64,000 bases of DNA from Azolla caroliniana (Eukaryota; Plantae; Polypodiophyta): assembly GCA_043228905.1 (NCBI GenBank), contig JBHGNT010000018.1, positions 17,360,001 to 17,424,000 of the forward strand, written 5' to 3'. Each line of letters starts with the position of its first letter. Position 1 is the first letter of the stretch. Below, piece by piece: positions 27,701-40,808 of this stretch. A program made the position numbers and the translations under genes. The notes below the pieces were generated by a model. It was not told the origin of the DNA and did not search any database. It saw only the letters and a program-made list of their open reading frames with translations.

Positions 27701-30212
27701 AACGTGTTCTTGCTTGGATCGAATAAACGGTAAGCCTTGTAGCAACACTGCTGTTTGGGCGACAAAACGTGGCGGCGGTGGTGGTGGCGGCGACGGCGAC
27801 GGCGGTGTTTGCAGGGCGGCGAACAGTGGCAGCATCATCTTTTGACTGTTCGGCTCCTTCACGAGTATTAATTTTAGGGTTATGCGTTGGTGTCGTGGAT
27901 TCAAGAAATGGTGACTCATCAAATTTGACTGTACGACTATAAAAGAACGTGTTCTTGCTTGGATCGAATAAACGGTAAGCCTTGTAGCCGTTTGCATCTC
28001 CGTACCCAACAAAGATCGCTTTTCTTGCTCGTTGTTCTAACTTGGATCGTTTTTCAGCAGGGACGAAGGCGTATGCAAGGCAACCAAAAATTTTGAGATC
28101 TTGCATATTTGGTTTTACTCAAAACCATAACTCGTATGGTGTGATTAACCCAAGTGTTCGATGATAGTTGCGATTTTGGAGATAGCATGATGTTGCGACG
28201 GCTTCTTCCCAAAATGAGGGTGAAAGTGACGCTAGATTCAACATGCTCCGGGCCGAATTAAGGAGTGTTCGATTCTTGCGTTCGGCTAGACCATTTTGTT
28301 GTGGTGTTGAAGGAACAGAAATTCGTTGTAAAATTCCATGGTCTTTACAAAATTTTGTAAACTTGTTAGATGTATATTCTCCTCCCCCGTCAGATTGTAG
28401 ACATTTCAATTGTAGATTTAGTTGCTTTTCTGTTAGTGATTTGTAATTTGTAAAAGCAATGAACGCTTGGTCTTTGCTTTTGAGAAATGTTAGTATTGTA
28501 AACCTTGTATAATCATCGATGAAACTAATGAAATATTTTGATTTTAAAAGTGATTGAGTTGGGAATGGACCGCATATGTCACTATGGACGAGTTCAAGAG
28601 GTCGACTTCTTCGTGAGTTACTTGTAGGAAACTTTGATGATGCCATTTTGCCGAACAAGCATGCCTCACATAAGTCGATTTTGCAAAACATATCCTTTGG
28701 GACTCCTTGAGCGAGCTTGTGAGTTTGGAGTGTTCGCATAGCAGCAAGGTGTGGATGTCCAAGTCGGTAATGCCAAAGTAGAGTGAGTTCTTGTTGTCTT
28801 TCGATTTCGGTTGTGTGAACTTCGATTGTTGATTGGGTTGTTGGATGTACACTAATGGGATATAACCCTCCTTGTCTTTTGCAAGAAGTTCGTATTGTGA
28901 GACCATTTGGTAGAAGGTGACGAATCACGGCTTGGTTATGATGGAACTCGATGATGGTTCCATTCGAAGTTGCTTGACTTATCGAGAGAAGGTTCTTGGT
29001 GATACCAGGTACGTGGTACACATCATTGATCATGAAGTTTCCTCCTCCGGGGAGATGAAATGTAAGTTGGCCTTTGCCTAATGCTTGTTTTACTCCATTA
29101 TTTCCAAATCTAACAGTTATTGGATTTTGTAGGGGTGTGTACCTTTGAAGCCAATCCGATCGATGTGTAAGATGATTTGTTGCTCCGGTGTCGAGATACC
29201 ATTTGTCGTCCTTCTTTGTTGGTATGTCTGCGACAAGTGCTTCAGCTACGAAAGCTTGCATCAAGTCACTGTAACCTTCTTCTTCATATTCATTCTTTTC
29301 TTCCATCGAGGCGGCATAGACCTCTTCTTCTTCTTCTTCTTCTTCATTTCTCTCTTCCTCAAATTCCTCGACAATGTGCGCTTGTGGTCGGCGAATATTG
29401 CTTGGAAATCTCCGAATCTTTTGTTTTGCCTTACATTCTTGTGGTGTGTGGCCTGGCCTTTTGCAAATGTTGCAATAAGACCTAGTGAACTTCATTCCTC
29501 CTTTCGTCATCGGTGCATTAGTCCATTGACTCTTGAAACTCTTGTATCTTGGTTGTGATTTGAAATGAGGTCGATAGGCTGCCATAGCGATTGCTTGTGT
29601 TGATGTGTTTTCTTCTCTTGTCTTTCTCATCGAGTCTTCTTGCCTTATGTCTCCCATGAGATCTTCCACGGTAGCTTTTTTATTTAAATTTTGTGTAGTC
29701 ACAAAAGATGACCATGAAGAGGGTAAAGCACCTAGTAATAAACATCTTTGTAGTTTGTCAGAAATGTCCAAGCCAGATGTAATTGTATCATCCAGTTTCT
29801 TTTCCCAAGTGGTTAGAAAATTATCTACATCATCTTCTTCTTTCATTGTAAATGTGACATATGCACGTAGTGTGTGCACTTGTGCTGCATCCGTTTGTGG
29901 TTCATATTGTGTCTTTAATTTCTCCCAAATTTGATGCGAAGTTTGTAGCTTTCTGACCGCTTCTCCTTGAACATCTGATATATGTGCTAATAATTCCATT
30001 TTTGCTACAAGATCTTTCTCTTCCCAAATAACTTGATCGGGTCCGGGGGTATTAGGTTTTAGTGATGATCCTGACACTACATTCCAAAGTTTGTAGTGTT
30101 GAAATAATAATTCGAGTCGAGCACTCCAAATGCGATAATTTTGCTTTGATAACTTTACTAATGAAAGTTTATGTGTGTTGAGAATGTTGGCGGGAGATGA
30201 GGATTGTGCCAT
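24746..30212 (-). pseudogene. copia gag-pol polyprotein with disablements
   Basis: CNICKRPGH knuckle, WYLDTGATNH, HSDICG/SDGGGEY/NGLAER integrase, YVDD, RNase H. In-frame stops at 28119 and 27082, a 245-bp duplication, and a frameshift near 25925. Confidence 0.93.
27496..27985. repeat. 245-bp tandem duplication inside copia pol
   Basis: 27496-27740 is repeated at 27741-27985; the peptide YKAYRLFDPSK...FCRPNSSV occurs twice, in different frames. Confidence 0.92.
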
Positions 30213-30316
30213 TTTTATAGAAGAGGGCTATCCGGCTTAGCGCTCGTCTTGATGACAAATCGATCAATGCTCCTAGGATTCTCTAGTCTTATTTGATAGA
30301 TGCGGAAATCTATAAA

Positions 30317-30326
30317 TCTGATACCA
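30317..30326 (-). promoter_or_regulatory. Primer-binding site (tRNA-iMet type)
   Basis: TGGTATCAGA immediately inside the 5' LTR. Confidence 0.85.
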
Positions 30327-30553
30327 TGTAGAAATCGGCAACTATACAAATAGAGATTGAGAGAGAGATCACACATACACAAAATTGTTCTATATTAATT
30401 GTATATGTTACATTAGCCCAAATGGCTTCTTTGTAGAGACGATGAACAAAAAGTTATGTCTCTTCAAATGAAGAGTTTTCTCTAAAGTATAATAATAGAA
30501 ATAACTTTTCGTAATAATAAATAAATATTATATTTAGATTAAATATTTCCACA
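30327..30553 (-). repeat. 5' LTR of young copia
   Basis: Matches 24495-24721. Confidence 0.95.
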
Positions 30554-33500
30554 CCTCCAGCTCCCAGCTCAGCAGGTGAATTGGGAACTTCTGCTTTCCC
30601 ACTCTGTTAATATATTGCATGGACTCAATACCTAAATCATTTTCTAACTTATATCATGACGCTGCAGCTGGTTATACAGCGCCTCACATGAGACCGTTTT
30701 CTGACAATTATGCAGAGGAGCGGGATCTCGATGAAGATTGTGAAAGAATGGAATGGAGTTATGAATATCCTTCAGCTTGGACATCAGCAGGTGAATTACT
30801 AGCTTCTGCACATAAGTACAACCTCAATCAATATGCGCAAATGACTAAATAACCTTCCAACTTATATGTAGATCATGAAGCTGCAGCAGGTTCTACAGAT
30901 CCTCCCATCACATCATTTTCAGATATGTATGCAGAGGATCTGGAGCAGCAATTAATGCTCCTTCTTGATGAAGATCATGAAATAATCCAAGGGAGCCCTG
31001 AATATCCTCCATCAACTACATCAGCAGGTGAATTAGTAGCTTCTGCTCATAACTAAAATGTCATTATAGTGGCATCGATAAATTGACCACATAACCTTCT
31101 AACTTATACTAGATCGTAAAGCTGCAGCTGGTTTTACAGAGGCTCCCATCATACCAATTGCTGACAATTTCTTAGAAGAGCTAGGGCATGACGAGGATCG
31201 TGAAAGAATTGAATGAAATTATGAATATCCTCTAGCTCCGACATCAGCAGGTTAATTAGTACCTTCTGCGCATAAGTACAGCCTCCATCAATATGTGCAA
31301 ATGACTAAATAACCTTCTAACTATTATATAGATCATGAAGCTACAGCTGGTTCTACAGAGCCTCCCGTCACATCATTTTCAGATATGTATGCAGAGGATC
31401 TGGAGCGGCAATTATTGCTCCTACTTGATGCAGAGCATGAAATAATCGAAGGGAGTTATGAATATCCTCCGTCAACTACGGCAGCAGGTGACTTAGTAGT
31501 TTTTGCTCATAATGGCAATGTCAATATAGCGCATCAATGAATTGATTACATAACCTTCTAACTTATATTTGATCGTAAAGCTGCAGCTGGTTCTACAGAG
31601 GCTTCCATCAGACCATTTGCTGAAAATTTTGTAGAAGAGCTAGGGCATGATGAAGATCACGTAAGAATTGAATGGAATTATGAACATCCTCTAGCTCCAA
31701 CATCTGCAGGTGAATTGGTAGCTTCGCCGCATAAGCACAATATCAATCAATATGTGCAAATGACTAAATAACCTTCTAACTTATATGTAGATCGTGAAGC
31801 TGCAGCAGGTTCTACAGATCCTCCCATCACATCATTTTCAGATATGTATGCAGAGGATCTGGAGCAGCAATTAATGCTCCTTCTTGATGAAGATCATGAA
31901 ATCATCGAAGGGAGCCCTGAATATCCTCCATCAACTACATCAGCAGGTGAATTAGTAGCTTCTGCTCATAACTAAAATGTCATTATAGTGGCATTGATCA
32001 ATTGACTACATAACCGTCTAACTTATATTAGATGGTAAAGCTGCAACTGGTTCTACAGAGGCTCCAATGAATAATGCCCAGGATGATTTTATACTTGCAG
32101 AGCTGCAGCAGCAGACAAATGGCACGATCATCATTGAGGAGATGAAGGAAGAGTTGGATGCCATCCTGCTAAATGCTGAAGGTGGCTTGAAAAAGCGGCT
32201 CATAACACCAATGACCAGTACCCAATTCAAGGTTCTGGAGGCCTTCTTTAAGACGGGCCGGCCCACGTTCGTCGAATGTCCAAGTTGAATTTCGATATTT
32301 TAACAACCAAACGAAGACTCTGTTGGTTCAGCCTCGCTTCAGCTGCAAGGTGTGCTTCACACCACCCCATTCTCCAGCGAAAGACTGGAACCAGCAAAAG
32401 CAGGATGAGAAAGTGAATAAGAGGAAGAAGCTGGAGTTTACGGTTCACCAAGAGGAATTGGAAATGCTGGCTGGTGCCTGGGGACGGCTTCACGCGCTGG
32501 TGCAACGTTTCTGGTCGATGCCACATGTCATCGAAGTTCTAGAGGCCAACAAATTTATTCCGTGTAGCAGCCGCCGCTGCAAGTCTGAGAGTCCAACCAA
32601 GTCATCGCCAAAGAGGAAGAGGAGATCGTGGGAGTCGAAGCAGGTCGATGATGGTGGTACTGCTGCTGAGAAGGTGATGGATCGTCAATTGCCTCTTATG
32701 AGAGATCATCATGATGAGGATATGTTGTGGATGGAATCTTTTAATTCCATCATCGGAGCAGAGAGGCTAGGTAGTTCTGCTGCCTATACCTCCAGCAATA
32801 CTAATCCTAACAATAATGATAGTGATTGGTATTATGATTACTATATGAGTTGCAGCAATCTAAACAATAAACATTGCTGCTTTCACTTGGTAACTATCTT
32901 CTCAACTACATTAATATAATTACCAAGTTTGCTCACTAAAGGGGTTGATCTGCTAATGATGTTTGATATAGCTAAATGTTTGATGTTATATATAGTTAAG
33001 GTTTGACCTACTTAGTTCAGAATTATCAGTCAGTAATTCTTTTCTTATATTAAGTATTATTTATTTTACGGTCTTGTGTGACGCTTGCTTGCCTAGTTGA
33101 TTGTAGTAATATATATAAGATATGTTGTGTTCGTCAAGCTTCTTGTAATTTGTTCTTTCTTAATCTCATCCATTACTTCTGTTAATGTTTTTTTTCATAA
33201 CTGATTGTCAACTGGTTGGGTTTTTGTTAATTTATTAAAGAAGGTATTTCAGCTAAATATATATGTACAACGCATTCTATTTGGTCTTGCTTCTGACAAT
33301 CTTGTTCATTATAAACTTCGCACAGGGGAAACGACAGACTGAAACGTACATACATTTTAAGCTTTGAATTTTCCAATGTTTGCAGGATGCAAGGAGTGGT
33401 AGTATCTTTACTGTTGATGTACAATATGTGTGCCATGGAATTGTACAATTGCCCTGTATTGTTAAAGATATCTCCCACACTTTCATGGACATCTGGCTAC

Positions 33501-33819
33501 CACCTAGCCGTGATTGTTTCACATCAAGCAGCTCGGAAACAGAACTACATGATGGCAGTCCAACTTTTGTGAACATATATATATATATATATTAGAGGTG
33601 AAATATATAGGTGATGTCTGATCAGGCTGCAAATACCATACTCAGATATGTAATGTCCAATATGGTTGTGTTGTACGGTGAACTTCTCTTCGAGTGGAAT
33701 GATGATGTTGATTCTTGTTATTTTAACATCTGGACCAAGAAACATCAGACCGTTGTCAGAGAAAGAAGAGAAGTGGAGCAACATGAGGAGAAGTAGTAGT
33801 AACAGCAGAAATAGGAGAA

Positions 33820-34175
33820 AGAAGTCACAATTCGTGATTCGGTTTCAAAATTTGCGAGTCCAAATTTCACGACAAATTCCAGAAGAAGAGCTGAAGGACA
33901 TCTTCTTGGACGTGATACATGAGCCTCTCCGAACATCTCTTGCGTTGCTCAATTTTTGGAATCAATCACTAGAGGAAGTGATAGATAAAGCTTGAGCAAT
34001 TGATTGTACTAATAATAGTATGAATATGTCAACATTACACAGAAATTTCCCTACATTAGAAGATTTGCGGTTCCGACAAGCGGTGCAATGTACCACCTGT
34101 CTCAACACCGGCCATTCAATGATGAAATGCAGTTTACGTACTCATTGTACGATTTGCCATTCCAAAGCTCATTTG
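33820..34175 (+). pseudogene. Retrotransposon gag fragment with two zinc knuckles
   Basis: QFVIRFQNL...EELKDIFLD followed by CTTCLNTGHSMMKC and CTICHSKAH. Confidence 0.6.
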
Positions 34176-34959
34176 GTTGGAAAGGTATGCAGGATGAACA
34201 TTTGGACTGGCTGGATGGCGTTCCAGTTTCTTATCAATGGGACATGAGCGATGGAAATTCTGGGAAACCAATAAATCCATCCTATGGATGATGATGGTGA
34301 TGATGATATGAAATCTGAATCGGTTTTGATCTGGAGCAGCTCCAACGAGAACCATAGTTATATGGGCCAACATCTCCAACGAGAATAATTAACTATAACT
34401 GTAAACAAAATAGTTATATGGGCAGCATGAAGAGGAATAGTTGGATCCTCTCTACTGTGTGTATATATGGTTTTGGAAATCGTAATTTAGGTTTTCCATC
34501 TACCATCATGGTCATGTTTTGATGAAGCCCAAATATCATGGAAGGATATGTGAGCAATTGACATCTACGAAGAGTTCTTCCATGAGTGTGGAAGCTGCCA
34601 CAAAAAAACTGCAAAATAAGTGAAATGGTGTGTCATTAGCACCAGCATGACTCCTGGTCTAAAGTAAGGCATTTCGTACATGAAGATATACTTCATGTCA
34701 ATGGACTGAGCATGCCGATTGACATGACTGGATGGTCTAGTATGCCATCTCCATGCATTAAGTGCTGATGTAACCAAGAAGAGTTGCTCATTGGGCTTGG
34801 CATCCAAGCTTATTGAAAAATAATGGATATGTTTTTGGAAACATACGTCTAGCTTTTCCATAAGATGGATTGTCTTTGATTGGTGAAGCCCTAATATATG
34901 AAAGGAATAGGTTGCCATGCCAAAGGTCGTCATGCAAATTAGAGTAAAACACAATCAGA

Positions 34960-36284
34960 GTAAAACAAGGATACCCTTAGTTGCCTACTCTCTTTGGTCT
35001 TTATATAGATGAGGTGTCACATTACATAGAGAGATTGAGTAATCCAAGAGCATGGCTAGCATACATATCCTGTTAGGAAACATGTCCCTCCGGATGGGAT
35101 GAAGAGAAGAGTCGAATCGTTGGAAGAGCTAGGTGAGTCCGAAATTTGATTTTCGAAATGGAGAATTGATTTATGATCGATTCGGAAGACTATATTTATA
35201 AATAGTCCAAATGTGCCCCTTGTGGGATATATTTGTAAATAGCCAGAAAGTTGTTTTAGTATATAAACAACTAGGGCAAACATTAAGAAGTGTAGTAGAT
35301 CATTATCGTTGTATAGTGACATAGTTAGCGAAGGTAGTTGCCTTTGTAACTAGTGAGTGATACAGAGTGAAAGAGTGTGTAACTTTGTAGTACTTGATAA
35401 GGAAGAGCTCAAGGTCGTTGCCTTGAATTGTCTTGTTGTACTTCTTTCCCCATAGTGGTCCTTTTTTTGGAGTTTGTGGACTCCACGTGCTTTTCTCTCC
35501 TTTCGGGTTTTTCACGTTAAATACAGGTGTCTCGTTTTTGTGTTTTTTGTTTCTGTTCCTCTATGCACTGTCATTGTTGATTCTTTGCACCTGAACATAC
35601 GTACGAGTAACCTGTTGTGGTTGGTTCCAATCCTAACATATCCATACAAATATTACTATATGTTGATCATGTTGTGTTGATGGATACCATGTATATCCAT
35701 ACAAATATCATATGTTGATGATACTGTGTTGATGGCTATCATTTATATCCATATAAATGTTACTATATGCTTAGGATATTAAGTTGCTAACACCCCTGGA
35801 AGGACTACAAAGATATCTAAATGCCTATTCACACCAATCAGAGATTGAGCTAGGTAGATATATTGCACAAATACCTCTAGAAGAAAGAATTTGCCACTTG
35901 TGTCATCAAGGAGTGGAATCCGAAGAACGTTCTATTTGTTATTGTGCTTTTTTTTATGAAATAAGGGAAGATACCATTGCCTCTTTTAAGCAAGGCTTTG
36001 CCCTACTATGCAAGGTACTAGAATATGAGGACTAACGATTCATGAGGCTTTTCTTGCTAGAACTCCAGAGACATGGGGGAAGTTAATAGAAAACAACACA
36101 ACCACACAAGCTAATGAACAAAGAACAATCATAACTTCCTTTACCCATCACTCTTCCTCATGTTATGATTCAATCAAAGGCTACAAAAATGGGATCCCAA
36201 CTAAGAGGTTTTGAAGGGTTTACGGTGAGATACCATTGCCTCTTTTAAGCAAAGCCTTGGCCTACTATGCAAGCTAATGGAATG
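34960..36284 (+). pseudogene. Degenerate LINE fragment (RT and C-terminal region), interrupted by solo LTRs
   Basis: Homologous to 6365-6600; ERICHLCHQGVESEE C-terminal Cys motif. The sequence resumes at ~37845. Confidence 0.65.
35071..35638. mobile_element. Solo LTR (568 bp)
   Basis: Termini TGTTAGGA...TCCTAACA and a perfect TSD TATCC on both sides. Confidence 0.9.
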
Positions 36285-37800
36285 TGTCATGTGTTGGCCG
36301 GTTCGGATGACCAAGTATGAAAAGACTAATAAATGGTTACGGGCTTAACTAAAGACGGGTGGGGCTGAGCGAAGCAGTAAAGAAAGCCGAACTTAAAACG
36401 GAAATAATAATTATTAGTAGCAGTTGTTCATGCTCTGTTCGTAACCACCCATGTTCTGTACAAAAAGGGACATGGAAAGCATGTAAAAACGAGTTGAATA
36501 GTATTGTATCAATTGGATCTTCCATAATAGAAATATGTTACCTCATACACTATGTATTGTGTCATAATTGATCTGTGTGAGTAAAGAAAGCCGAACTTAA
36601 AACGGAAATAATAATAATTAGTAGCAGCTGTTCATGCTCTGTTCGTAACCACCCATGTTCTGTATAAAAAGGGACATGGAAAGCATGTAAAAACGAGTTG
36701 AATAGTATTGTATCAATTGGATCTTCCATAATAGAAATATGTTACCTCATACACTATGTATTGTGTCATAATTGATCTGTGTGAGTAAAGAAAGCCGAAC
36801 TTAAAACGGAAATAATAATAATTAGTAGCAGCTGTTCATGCTCTGTTCGTAACCACCCATGTTCTGTATAAAAAGGGACATGGAAAGCATGTAAAAACGA
36901 GTTGAATAGTATTGTATCAATTGGATCTTCCATAATAGAAATATGTTACCTCATACACTATGTATTGTGTCATAATTGATCTGTGTGAGTAAAGAAAGCC
37001 GAACTTAAAACGGAAATAATAATAATTAGTAGCAGCTGTTCATGCTCTGTTCGTAACCACCCATGTTCTGTATAAAAAGGGACATGGAAAGCATGTAAAA
37101 ACGAGTTGAATAGTATTGTATCAATTGGATCTTCCATAATAGAAATATGTTACCTCATACACTATGTATTGTGTCATAATTGATCTGTGTCAAATCCTAA
37201 TGTTCATGTGTAACGCATTCATAACCATTCGGTTGTACCCAGCTCGTGTTCATCTCCACAGTCACGCAGTCACACATTCTTTGATTCCTACATGGGTTAC
37301 TACTATCATTTTGAAAACGAGACAATCCCATTGTGACTCCCCGAGCACAAGACCTTGAGTCGGATACTAAAGGACAAGTATCCAACACCGTGTTACGTTA
37401 GGCTGGTAGCATCATGATGCCACCCACATAATGATGATGCCTTGTCATGATGACACTCACATGATCCCCCAAAAGGATTTGAACCCACAACCTTGTTCTA
37501 TATAGGTCAAATCCTTAGCCATTGTAATAATATGTTTATATAAATAATATAAATATATAGAATACCATAAGAACATTTTAGTGTACTTTGTATTCTAGAA
37601 TATTCTAGCGTGTTCTATATTCTAGAACCGGCTAGAGTACGCTATATTCGAGAACCTTTGAGAATACCCTATAGGGACATATAAATAAGAATTTATTAAT
37701 CATCGCAAAACCAAATTGGTTCAACACCATTCTAGAGCTCCTTATTTTGCCTACTCTTTGTAATCCGTCTTATAGTGCAATATAATACTTTCCATTCAAT

Positions 37801-37841
<41 letters not shown>

Positions 37842-37844
37842 ACA
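36285..37844. mobile_element. Probable solo LTR (TGTCA...TGACA) containing a nested solo LTR 36292-37387 (TGTTGG...CCAACA)
   Basis: Terminal inverted repeats and imperfect TSDs; the host LINE sequence rejoins across the insertion. Confidence 0.6.
36377..37190 (+). repeat. 204-bp tandem repeat, 4 near-identical copies
   Basis: Units start at 36377, 36581, 36785 and 36989. Confidence 0.95.
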
Positions 37845-38569
37845 ATATGAGGATCAGCAACGCTTGAGGCTTTTCTTGCTAGAACTTAAGAGACACGAGG
37901 AGAAGTTGATAGAAAACAACACAACCACATAAGGTAATGAACAAAGAACAATCATAATTCTCTTTACCCAACGCTCTTACTCATGCTACAAGTCAATCAA
38001 ATGGAGGATGTGCAATGGCATCCCCCACAAGATGGGCGATGTGTCAAATCCATATAAATGGAGGTTTTGATAACATCAAGGTTGTTGAAGGTGGGAAGGT
38101 AAACAACTTCTTAACCTTCAATTTCAATGAATGGTTAGATTGGGTTAGGTAACAATCAAAGATGCGATGTTGGTGTCTCAAAGAAGATTAATGGTCTTTC
38201 GAATAACAAGATCAACATTTTGAATTTAAGAGGTTATACCTCTATAGCCTTTATTTTCTATACTTAATTAGTAATTGGTGGCGGTTTAGTTTGTTAGATG
38301 GTCTTCGTTCAATCATTTAGATCATTACCGACGTCTTTTAAACTATGTATTATACACCTTATATTGATATGGCTCTCAATAGCGTAGAACACATTATGAG
38401 AGATGTGAAGGGAGGATGGTTACTTTGTTACATGTATGCCAATGGGGCCAATATGTTCCTGAAGTTTCCATTTCCACAATATTGCTCCAATGTTAGTTGA
38501 CTTTCGGCTATCCATTCGGCCTCGGGCTCAAGGTGGTCGTCCACTCCTAAAGGTTCGACTTCCATCGTG

Positions 38570-39670
38570 AACATCAAGGAGCCACCTGCCGATGCATACG
38601 GTACCAACTTCATAATTTCCCCCTCCGGAGCGTAAGTCGAATAGTCTCGCTGAGATAGCCGAAGGCTAATCGGGAGCGGGGTTGAAGTAGATTTGGTCGA
38701 TTGCATGTTGAAGTGCTCCAGGACACATTTGATGTATTTGGCTTGAGACAAGAACAATTGTCGTTAATTTCGGTGCCCACTAATCTTCATTCTGAGTATG
38801 TGTTGAGCTGAACCTAAGTCCATCATTGCTAACTTCAACCATAGTTGCCGATCAGAAGATCTTTGTTCGACGGAGATCTTGAGTCCGTTCCAAGAGTCAG
38901 ATCAACTTGGGGTCTCCAAAGGGTGTGTTGTCAGATTCAGTGTTGTTGAAGACAAATGACGACCAACAACTGATTGAAGAACCTTCGCTCTGATACCCAA
39001 TGTTGGAGTCCAGGTTGTCAGTGTGGAAACAAGAACAACACTATAGTAAGAAGATCAACAAGATGATGACAGAGACAAAACCAAGATGAACAGATTAAAC
39101 AAGGGAAAGACAACTTAGTAGAGATCAAGATCAAGAACTTAACAATACAGTGAGAGAGAGAGAGAGAGAGAGAGACTCAAAGAAGTAGACAATGTCACTG
39201 TATTATTCTTAAAGTTACATATGATGGCACTCACATCATCATCATGACGTGAGGAATGTGTTTCTTTTGTTTGATGGAATTGGAACATAGTATGTGTTTC
39301 CTTTGTTCCATTTGAATTGGTGTGTAGGGTGGGATTGAGATTGTAGGGTGCCATTGGAGGCCAATTGCGATGGGCCAAGGACAAGGAGTGTCGACAAAAT
39401 GTTGAAGGTGCTCAACTGTTCCCCTAGATGAAGGAAAGGGTTGATGTGGCCTTCTAATGGTAAAAGGAAAATCAACACATGTGGTTGTGGTAGAAGTTGT
39501 CGGGGTGGAGTAAACGAGACCCCTTCCATTGTTGATCTTTTGTCTTGCTTAGTGTCTACTTATACAAGCCAAGGGCTCTTTCACTATGTCACCTATGGTG
39601 GGTTTTTATTCAATCTCCATCCCAAGTTTCTATGAGGAAATGGACAAGAGGAGGTAAGAATACACACATC
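38570..39670 (-). mobile_element. Deleted copia remnant: RT fragment, PBS and LTR from 39001
   Basis: FLSQAKYI...VPYASAGGSLM RT fragment; GCTCTGATACC (reverse PBS) followed by TGTTGG. Confidence 0.65.
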
Positions 39671-40757
39671 TTTTCAGGTCCATGTGAATCACTCATCTTC
39701 CTATAACTTGGCATTTTTTCGATTGGATCAGAAACTATGAGTTACACAAATTCTCCTTTTCCCTCCCTTCGTTATCTGTACAGATAGAAAGAGAACGAGA
39801 GGGGAATATCCGTTTGTGTTTTGCCACAGGTTGAAAAATTGAGTTTGGGAAATATCTTCATATTCAGGTGATATTTTTTTTTGGATTTTTGGACAAAAGG
39901 TCATTCCGATTTATCCATTCAGAGACATTGTGGGGATTTCCATTTTTTGCTTTCATTGATTTTCGGATGAAATGTCTTTGGAAAAATCTATTTGATTCTT
40001 TCCTCATCCTTTTTTGTGGAGTTTTGGATGACGCATAAAAGGTAGGTTTTGTTTTTCATTGACGATTGAGGAAACTTGTTGGAGATAATTAATTATTATT
40101 TTTCTTTGGTTAATGTTCATGCCATGCTCTCAATCAACATTTGGACCAGCCATCCCTTTGAATTATATTGTGGAACTCCATTTTTCTTTCATATGAAAAA
40201 CTAGAGAAATTCCTGTGGGAAAAATCTCTTTTGACTTGTTTTTGAGTGTTCATGCATGCCATTATGTTTATGGAAGTTCATCCTTTCGAGACATCCATAT
40301 GGAAAGGATTCTCGTTTTACTATTCATTGTAAATTGGGATATTAGTGTGGGTCTTCCTTTTCTGAATAATACATGGATTTTTGAAGTAGTATTGAATGCC
40401 AAGAATAGTATGTGTTGAGATGAACCTAAGTGCATCATTGCTAACTTCAACCGTAGTTGCCGATCAGAAGATCTCTGTCCGACAGAGATCTTGAGTCTGT
40501 TCCAAGAGTCAGATCAACTTGGGGTCTCCAAAGGGTGTGTTGTCAGATTCAGTGTTGTTGAAGACAAATGACAACCAACTGATTGAAGAACCTTCGCTCT
40601 AATACGAGATGTTGGAGTCAAGGTTGTCAGTGTGGAAACAAGAACAACACTATAGTAAGAAGATCAACAAGATGATGACAGAGACAAAACCAAGATGAAC
40701 AGATTAAACAAGGGAAAGACAACTTAGTAGAGATCAAGATCAAGAACTTAACAATAC

Positions 40758-40808
<51 letters not shown>

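Larger units (their letters stand above)
24495..30553 (-). mobile_element. Full-length young Ty1/copia LTR retrotransposon
   Basis: Two 227-bp LTRs, identical by eye; 5-bp TSD CCTCC (24490-24494 / 30554-30558); PBS TGGTATCAGA; PPT AAGGGGGGG; gag-PR-INT-RT-RH order. Confidence 0.97.
24017..32919 (+). pseudogene. Repeat-exon Dof-like gene, copy B (pseudogene)
   Basis: Exons 24017-24293, 24377-[copia]-30575, 30668-30790, 30872-31027, 31113-31250 (TGG>TGA), 31332-31487, ~31572-31709, 31791-31946, 32032-32919. A deletion near 32270 removes CPHC and shifts the frame. Confidence 0.85.

Noticed and set aside
30554-32066. Non-coding satellite or stop-codon readthrough array
   Set aside because: Better explained as exon-intron cassettes: stops fall in GT-AG-bounded segments, except one nonsense mutation in pseudogene B.
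37466-37500. tRNA T-loop/B-box-like sequence (also ~11650 and ~63780)
   Set aside because: No complete cloverleaf is visible; at most a SINE or tRNA relic.
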